Origin: an uncultured Gammaproteobacteria bacterium
GTDB lineage: Bacteria > Patescibacteriota > Patescibacteriia > UBA11705
Length of the DNA stretch: 64,000 bases
NCBI GenBank assembly: GCA_964413735.1
Contig: CAYPSS010000005.1
Span: 4,398-68,397 of the forward strand
Reading direction: 5' to 3'
The notes below the pieces were generated by a model that worked only from the letters and a program-made list of their open reading frames with translations, was not told the origin of the DNA and did not search any database. Both the position numbers and the translations under genes were made by a program. Below are positions 57,876 to 64,000 of the stretch, piece after piece (the stretch's first letter is position 1; each line of letters opens with the position of its first letter).

Positions 57876-58839
57876 TTTTAATCACAAAACCATTTTAGTC
57901 ACCGGTAGCGCTGGCTTTATTGGTTTTCATACCACCAAAAAACTTTTAGAATTAGGGGTTAAAGTTATTGGAGCTGACAACTTTAATAATTATTATGACC
58001 CAAAATTAAAAGAAGATCGCAACGCGATTTTAGAAAAAAATTCCCAATATCATTTATATCGCGGTGATTTAAGTGAGGAATCATTTGTTAATAAAATATT
58101 TAAGGAGAATAAAATTGATCAAATTTGTCATTTAGCCGCTCAGCCTGGGGTGCGTTATAGTTTAGTTAATCCTCGCGCTTATATTAAAAGTAATATTGAT
58201 GCTTTTCTCAATATTTTAGAGGCGGCTCGAAATTTCCAGATCAAAGATGTAGTTTATGCGTCATCCAGTTCAGTTTACGGAAATAACAAAAAAACCCCTT
58301 TTAGTGTCAACGATCCCGTTGATAAACCGATCTCCCTTTATGCGGCGACGAAAAAAGCCGATGAGTTAATGGCCCATACTTATCATCACTTGTTTGGAAT
58401 AAATACTACCGGCCTACGATTTTTCACCGTCATGGGACCTTGGGGCCGACCGGATATGTCCCCCATCTTATTCACCGATGCAATTATTAAAAATGAACCC
58501 ATAAAAGTTTTTAACTTTGGCAAAATGCGACGCGACTTCACTTACGTCGCTGATATTGTGGAGGGAATTATCCTCGCATTGGGGAAAATGAACGGTTATC
58601 AAATTTTCAATCTCGGAAACAACAAACCAGTAGAACTCGAATACTTTATTTCTTGCCTGGAAAAAGAACTCAGGCAACAAGCAAAAAAAAATTATTTAGA
58701 AATGCAACCCGGAGATGTGCTGGAAACTTATGCTGACATTGAAACGACAAAACAAATATTAGGTTGGGAACCTAAAACCACGATAGAAGAAGCGGTGAAA
58801 AAATTTATTCTCTGGTATAAAAATTACCATAAAATATAA
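57868..58839 (+). CDS. NAD-dependent epimerase (UDP-glucuronate 4-epimerase-like)
   Basis: TGSAGFIG, HLAAQPGVRYS, YAATKK, GPWGRPDM. Confidence 0.9.
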   Translation: MNNFNHKTILVTGSAGFIGFHTTKKLLELGVKVIGADNFNNYYDPKLKEDRNAILEKNSQYHLYRGDLSEESFVNKIFKENKIDQICHLAAQPGVRYSLVNPRAYIKSNIDAFLNILEAARNFQIKDVVYASSSSVYGNNKKTPFSVNDPVDKPISLYAATKKADELMAHTYHHLFGINTTGLRFFTVMGPWGRPDMSPILFTDAIIKNEPIKVFNFGKMRRDFTYVADIVEGIILALGKMNGYQIFNLGNNKPVELEYFISCLEKELRQQAKKNYLEMQPGDVLETYADIETTKQILGWEPKTTIEEAVKKFILWYKNYHKI

Positions 58840-58850
58840 TCAAATAATTT

Positions 58851-60161
58851 ATGAAAATTTGCGTCTTAGGTGTTGGCTATGTGGGGTTGGTCAGCGCCGC
58901 GTGTTTTGCTGAGCTGGGACATGAAGTAATGGGAATTGATGTTGACCCGGAAAAAATAACTAAATTACAACAAGGCATTTCTCCTATTTACGAACCGGGA
59001 TTAGATGAAATATTGAAGCGAAATTTGGAATCCGGACAACTAACTTTTAATCAAGATTTAACCCAAGGATTGAAAAATGCTTCGGTGGTTCTAAATGCTG
59101 TCGGTACACCGCCGGACGAACAACGACGCGTTGACCTACGTTTCGTCAGACAAGTAGCTGAAGCGGTCGGTAAATCATTAAATAATTACCTAGTTTTTGT
59201 AAATAAATCAACGGTTCCGGTAGGAACCGCCACTGCGGTAAAAAGTATTATTTCTTCCAACCTGAAACAACCGATAAATTTTGATGTTGCCTCTAATCCG
59301 GAATTTTTAAGAGAAGGATCCGCGGTAACTGACTTTATGAATCCTGACCGAATTATCGTGGGCGTTGATTCACCCCAAGCGGAAAAAGTGTTACGCGAAC
59401 TCTATCAACCTTTAATTGATCAAGGTGCTAATTTTATGGTTACCGACATCAAGAGTGCTGAATTAACCAAATACGCCTCCAATTCATTTTTGGCCACCAA
59501 AATATCATTTATCAATGAAGTGGCAAATTTATGTGATGCCGTCGGGGCTGATATAACTCAAGTGGCCAAAGGCATGGGCTTAGATACTCGCATTAATAAT
59601 AAATTTTTAGAAGCCGGTCCGGGATATGGTGGTAGTTGTTTTCCTAAAGACGTAGATGAATTTATTCATACCGCCGCTGACAATGGAATTGAAATGCGCA
59701 TCCTGGAATCAGTAGTAAAAGCCAATCAATTTCAACGTTCAATTGTTATCCAGAAATTACAAAAACATTTACCTAATTTAAACGGTAAAACCATTGCCAT
59801 GTGGGGCTTGGCCTTTAAACCGGAAACTGATGATGTTCGCGAATCAGCTTCATTGGATATTATCAAATCACTAATTCAAAAAGGGGCCAAAGTTAGAGCT
59901 TACGATCCACTGGCCATGGAAAATGTAAAAAAAATTATGAACCTAAACGGAGGAAACAAAGAATTGGAACTGTGTGAAAATAAAATTGATGCTTTAGATA
60001 GAAGTGATGCTTTAATTCTAATGACACATTGGGATGAATTCAAAAATGTTACACCTGAAGAATTACAAACCAAAATCAAAATTATTATTGATACACGTAA
60101 TATTTGGGATCGTCATAATTGTGAATCGGTTGGAATAATTTATGAGGGAATGGGAAAATAA
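58851..60161 (+). CDS. ugd: UDP-glucose 6-dehydrogenase
   Basis: GVGYVGL, KSTVPVG, NPEFLREG, GYGGSCFPKD, AFKPETDDVRES. Confidence 0.95.
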   Translation: MKICVLGVGYVGLVSAACFAELGHEVMGIDVDPEKITKLQQGISPIYEPGLDEILKRNLESGQLTFNQDLTQGLKNASVVLNAVGTPPDEQRRVDLRFVRQVAEAVGKSLNNYLVFVNKSTVPVGTATAVKSIISSNLKQPINFDVASNPEFLREGSAVTDFMNPDRIIVGVDSPQAEKVLRELYQPLIDQGANFMVTDIKSAELTKYASNSFLATKISFINEVANLCDAVGADITQVAKGMGLDTRINNKFLEAGPGYGGSCFPKDVDEFIHTAADNGIEMRILESVVKANQFQRSIVIQKLQKHLPNLNGKTIAMWGLAFKPETDDVRESASLDIIKSLIQKGAKVRAYDPLAMENVKKIMNLNGGNKELELCENKIDALDRSDALILMTHWDEFKNVTPEELQTKIKIIIDTRNIWDRHNCESVGIIYEGMGK

Positions 60162-60165
60162 AAAA

Positions 60166-61299
60166 ATGAAAAGAATTTTATTACTAAATTATGAATTTCC
60201 TCCATTGGGTGGCGGGGCCAGTCCGGTCAGTTATGAGATAGCTGATCGTTTATCAAAAACCAATGATTTTTGCATTGATGTCATAACAATGGGATATAAA
60301 AATCTTCCGCGATATGAAGAAGTAAATAATAATTTCAAAATTCATCGCGTTAAATGTTTAAGAAGCAAGAAAGAATTATGTCATCCATGGGAACAAGCCA
60401 CTTATTTGTTTTTCGCTTGGCAAAAATGCAAAAAACTTCTTAAGTTAAATCACTATGATCTTTGTCATTGTCATTTTATTATTCCCACCGGGATTCTAGC
60501 TGCAAAAATCAAAGAAAAATATCATTTACCATACATCATCACCACCCATGGCAGTGATGTGCTTGGATACAATGCACGCTTCAAATGGCTTTATCCTTTT
60601 TTGATTAAAACATGGAAAAATATTTTAAATAATGCTAATGAAATAATTTCACCTTCCAATTTTCTCAAATCGGAAATTATGAAAGTTTACTCGCAATTTG
60701 AGGAAAATAAAATAAAAGTGATCCCAAATGGCTTTGACACAAACCAATTTAAACCTCAAGAAAAAAAGAAATATATATTTTCATCCGGCAGACTTCTTGT
60801 TAATAAAGGCTTTCAATATCTAATCAAAGCGGTCTCAAAAATAAATATCCAATATGAAGTTCATATTGCAGGCGACGGACCAATGCTAAATGAGCTAAAA
60901 CAACTGGCCGAAAAATCCAAAACACCTGTTATTTTTCATGGTTGGCTGAATAATAAAAGCGAAAAATATAAAAACTTACTGGAACAAGCTTCAATTTTTG
61001 TCTTAGCTTCTGAAAAGGAAAACGCCAGCATTTCACTTCTTGAAGCGATGAGTGCCGGATGTGTTGTTATAACCACCAATCAATCAGGTTGCGCGGAAAC
61101 TATCGGAGATACCGGCATATTAATAAAACCAAAAAACGAAGAGGATCTAAGATTATCTTTACTTAATATTATAAATGATCAAAATTTACAGAATAATAAA
61201 CAAGCAGAAACCAGGAAAAGAATACTAAACACTTATAATTGGGAAACGGTCTTACTCAAATATAAACAGGCATATGAAAGAAATATCACCCCTTCATAA
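60166..61299 (+). CDS. GT4 glycosyltransferase
   Basis: NYEFPPLGGGA, HGSDV, IPNG, GRL..KG, E...SLLEAM. Confidence 0.9.
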   Translation: MKRILLLNYEFPPLGGGASPVSYEIADRLSKTNDFCIDVITMGYKNLPRYEEVNNNFKIHRVKCLRSKKELCHPWEQATYLFFAWQKCKKLLKLNHYDLCHCHFIIPTGILAAKIKEKYHLPYIITTHGSDVLGYNARFKWLYPFLIKTWKNILNNANEIISPSNFLKSEIMKVYSQFEENKIKVIPNGFDTNQFKPQEKKKYIFSSGRLLVNKGFQYLIKAVSKINIQYEVHIAGDGPMLNELKQLAEKSKTPVIFHGWLNNKSEKYKNLLEQASIFVLASEKENASISLLEAMSAGCVVITTNQSGCAETIGDTGILIKPKNEEDLRLSLLNIINDQNLQNNKQAETRKRILNTYNWETVLLKYKQAYERNITPS

Positions 61300-61996
61300 T
61301 AAAAATAATATCATAACGCAACCGCATGAGCTGGGAAACATCCAAGCATCATTGGATTACTTTTTAAAATTTAATATCCCCCAAAATGCCAAGATACTTG
61401 ATCTTGGTTGTAATTATGGAAGTTTGATTTTCAATTTATACTCGATAGGTTATCAAAACGTTTATGGGATTGATATTAACCCTGATTCGATCGAAAAAGG
61501 GAAAAATAATTACTCCCTGATAGCCGATAAACTTAATGTTCATCAACCAGGGACAACCCCATTTTATAACAACGAATTTGACGTTATTTTAATGTTTGAT
61601 GTAATTGAGCATGTCCCGAATATCAAGACTTTTATCAAAAATGAAGTTTGGCGCATTTTAAAACCTGGAGGATTGTTTATTTTCCAAACACCAAACAAAT
61701 TAATCAATATCCCCTGGGAAATTATCAGCAAAAAGTCTTGGACAAAATGGAAAGAATATCACTGTTCTCTTCAAACAATTTTCACATTACAACAACTATT
61801 ATCCAATGCTGATTTCAATGATTTAGCGATCGAAAAAGGCAATGTTTTAACGCAACACAATATTACAAAAGTTAATAAAATATTTGGACCCATCGGTGCA
61901 TACTTTCTTCATATGCTACAAAAATTTCCACTTACGATATATCCGAATTTTTGGGGAAGTGCCAAAAAACCATTGACCAATACCACTATTTTATGA
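61274..61996 (+). CDS. Class I SAM-dependent methyltransferase
   Basis: ILDLGCNYG, FDVIEH, LKPGG. Confidence 0.88.
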   Translation: MKEISPLHNKNNIITQPHELGNIQASLDYFLKFNIPQNAKILDLGCNYGSLIFNLYSIGYQNVYGIDINPDSIEKGKNNYSLIADKLNVHQPGTTPFYNNEFDVILMFDVIEHVPNIKTFIKNEVWRILKPGGLFIFQTPNKLINIPWEIISKKSWTKWKEYHCSLQTIFTLQQLLSNADFNDLAIEKGNVLTQHNITKVNKIFGPIGAYFLHMLQKFPLTIYPNFWGSAKKPLTNTTIL

Positions 61997-63075
61997 AAAT
62001 TTGCTTCATCGCGCCAAAAGCTTACCAATTATTTAATCCCAAAGTTAAATCAACCTTTGGCGGTGCTGAAGTACAATTATTTTTATTGGCAACGGAATTA
62101 GCGCAAAGGCACGATCTGGATATTCATTTTATGGTGGCGGACTATAATCAATCTTTTATTGAAAATTATCATAATGTAAATATCTGGAAAGCCATTAATT
62201 TTAAAAATAATTTCATCCTTCAAAGTTTTACTTTTTTTAAAGTGTTTAATAAAATAAATGCTGATATATACATTCAAAGAACTTTAACTTTGCAATCAGG
62301 ATTAATCGCCCTATACTGCAAATTAAAAAGAAAAAAATTTATTTATATGGTTGCCCACGATTCAGAAGTCGATGGGACTCACAAACTTTATCGGAATAAA
62401 ATCACAAACTTTCTGGCAAAAATCAATTTCAAATTTGCACATAAAATTGTTGTTCAAAATAATTATCAAAATGAAAAATTATTAGCACAAAAATTCAATC
62501 CTCATATTGTAAAATCAAGCTATCCAATTGAAAAAAATTTCAAAAAACCAAACTACCCTAAAATATTATGGGTTGGACGATCCGAACCATGGAAAAGACC
62601 GGAATTATTTTTGGAAATCGCCAAATTATTTCCACTGGAAAAATTTATTATGATCTGCGCTCCATCAACCGATACCCCTGAACTGGCAAAAAAAATAAAA
62701 GCTGAATCAACTCATATCAAAAATCTAGAATTTATCGAATTTGTCCCATTTAAAGATATAAACCAGTATTTTCTTAACGCAAAGATCTATATTAACACCT
62801 CTGTTAAAGAAGGATTCCCAAATACCTTTATTCAGGCAACCAAAAATCGTACGCCCATCTTATCTCTAAATGTTAATCCTGACAATTTCATTGTCGAATA
62901 TGATTGTGGCTTTTTTTGCAACAATAATCTCAATACAATGATAAAAAATATTCAAAATATTTTAATTAACCCCATGTTATATAACCGCCTTGCTCAAAAT
63001 GCATATCAATATGCCATAAAAAATCATGATATAACAGTAAATGCAAATAAATTTATTGACATCATAACAAAATGA
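61993..63075 (+). CDS. GT4 glycosyltransferase
   Basis: GGAE, WVGR...KRP, EGFPNTF. Confidence 0.9.
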   Translation: MKICFIAPKAYQLFNPKVKSTFGGAEVQLFLLATELAQRHDLDIHFMVADYNQSFIENYHNVNIWKAINFKNNFILQSFTFFKVFNKINADIYIQRTLTLQSGLIALYCKLKRKKFIYMVAHDSEVDGTHKLYRNKITNFLAKINFKFAHKIVVQNNYQNEKLLAQKFNPHIVKSSYPIEKNFKKPNYPKILWVGRSEPWKRPELFLEIAKLFPLEKFIMICAPSTDTPELAKKIKAESTHIKNLEFIEFVPFKDINQYFLNAKIYINTSVKEGFPNTFIQATKNRTPILSLNVNPDNFIVEYDCGFFCNNNLNTMIKNIQNILINPMLYNRLAQNAYQYAIKNHDITVNANKFIDIITK

Positions 63076-64000
63076 AAAACATCTTATTACAACTTGGTCT
63101 AACTCTATCCGGAAAAAATATTTTTTCTGAATTTTATCGATTGAAAAGTCTTGAATTCAATAATTTGGAAAATAATCTCGAAATCCAAAAAAAAAGTCTC
63201 AAAGAAATTTTACTGCATGCCTGGCAACATGTCCCCTACTATACAAAAATTTTACATGATCACGATGTCGTTGTTAATGGCGTTATTAATCTAAACAACT
63301 TCAATAAAATTCCTATTTTGACAAAAAAAATAATTCGAGAAAATTTTTCTGAGCTCAAATCAAATGATACCGGATATTCAAAACGAAAACCTTTTCAAAA
63401 CACCTCGGGTGGTTCTACCGGTGAACCCATAAAATTCATTCAAGACAAAAAAACTTGGACCACCGGCATGGCGGGTAAATGGTGGTTTTATTCATTTATT
63501 ACAAAATATCCATGTAAAATGATCAAGCTTTGGGGCTCAGAAAAAGAATTTTTGAGTGGTAACATGGGAAGCAAAGCTTTGATAAAAAATTATTTCAGCC
63601 AAAGACTTTTATTAAATACCTTTCGTATGTCTGACCTTGATATGGCTAAATATGTTAATAAGATAAATCTCTTCCACCCCGCAATTATTGAAGCTTATGT
63701 TCAATCAATCTATGAATTAAGTAAATTTATCATTGATAATCGCCTGGAAGTATTTTCTCCAAAAGGAATAATTACCTCGGCCGGTACTCTGTATCCTGAA
63801 ATGAAAATGATAATTGAAAAAGCTTTCAAAACAAAGGTTTTTAATCGTTACGGATCAAGAGAAGTTGGTGACATGGCTTGTTCCTGTGATAAAAATGAAG
63901 GTTTACATTTAAATATTTTTCAACATTACTTGGAAATATTAAACGACAAACTTGAACCTTGTCAACCAAATGAATTGGGGAAAATTTATATCACGACTTT
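63072..64000 (+). CDS. Phenylacetate-CoA ligase/CapK-like protein (3'-partial)
   Basis: HVPYY, NTSGGSTGEP, NRYGSREVG; frame runs off the window end. Confidence 0.85.
   Translation, partial: MKNILLQLGLTLSGKNIFSEFYRLKSLEFNNLENNLEIQKKSLKEILLHAWQHVPYYTKILHDHDVVVNGVINLNNFNKIPILTKKIIRENFSELKSNDTGYSKRKPFQNTSGGSTGEPIKFIQDKKTWTTGMAGKWWFYSFITKYPCKMIKLWGSEKEFLSGNMGSKALIKNYFSQRLLLNTFRMSDLDMAKYVNKINLFHPAIIEAYVQSIYELSKFIIDNRLEVFSPKGIITSAGTLYPEMKMIIEKAFKTKVFNRYGSREVGDMACSCDKNEGLHLNIFQHYLEILNDKLEPCQPNELGKIYITT

Noticed and set aside
1-64000. Alternative genetic code (TGA=Gly, code 25)
   Set aside because: Conserved genes are full length under code 11 and several, such as dnaE, end at TGA

Overview
AT-rich bacterial chromosome segment using genetic code 11. 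Gene content (PEGA protein, DUF4012, baseplate-J-like protein, four-helix-bundle gene, short palindromic repeats, core genes without Shine-Dalgarno motifs) suggests Patescibacteria/CPR; this is an inference. The backbone carries a P-type ATPase, pyrG, rplI, an S41 protease, murA, rmlABCD, pgsA, thrS, dtd, dnaE, pyk and two glycosyltransferase clusters. Main accessory features: (1) an ~8.8 kb island (4618-13425) integrated at the 3' end of tRNA-Gln(TTG) by a large serine recombinase whose att site lies inside its own 3' end, so integration swaps the enzyme's C-terminal tail. The island carries a C5-MTase/endonuclease pair, an uncharacterised ClpP-fold protease + small protein + MazF-like three-gene module, and a promoter-driven structured RNA candidate. 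(2) An atypically short T-box with an apical Thr (ACC) specifier upstream of dtd-four-helix-thrS. (3) A rearranged region (51.4-56.7 kb) with two chimeric tRNA-Asn copies, a duplicated NUDIX gene and a decayed second island. All calls are by eye; no searches were run.
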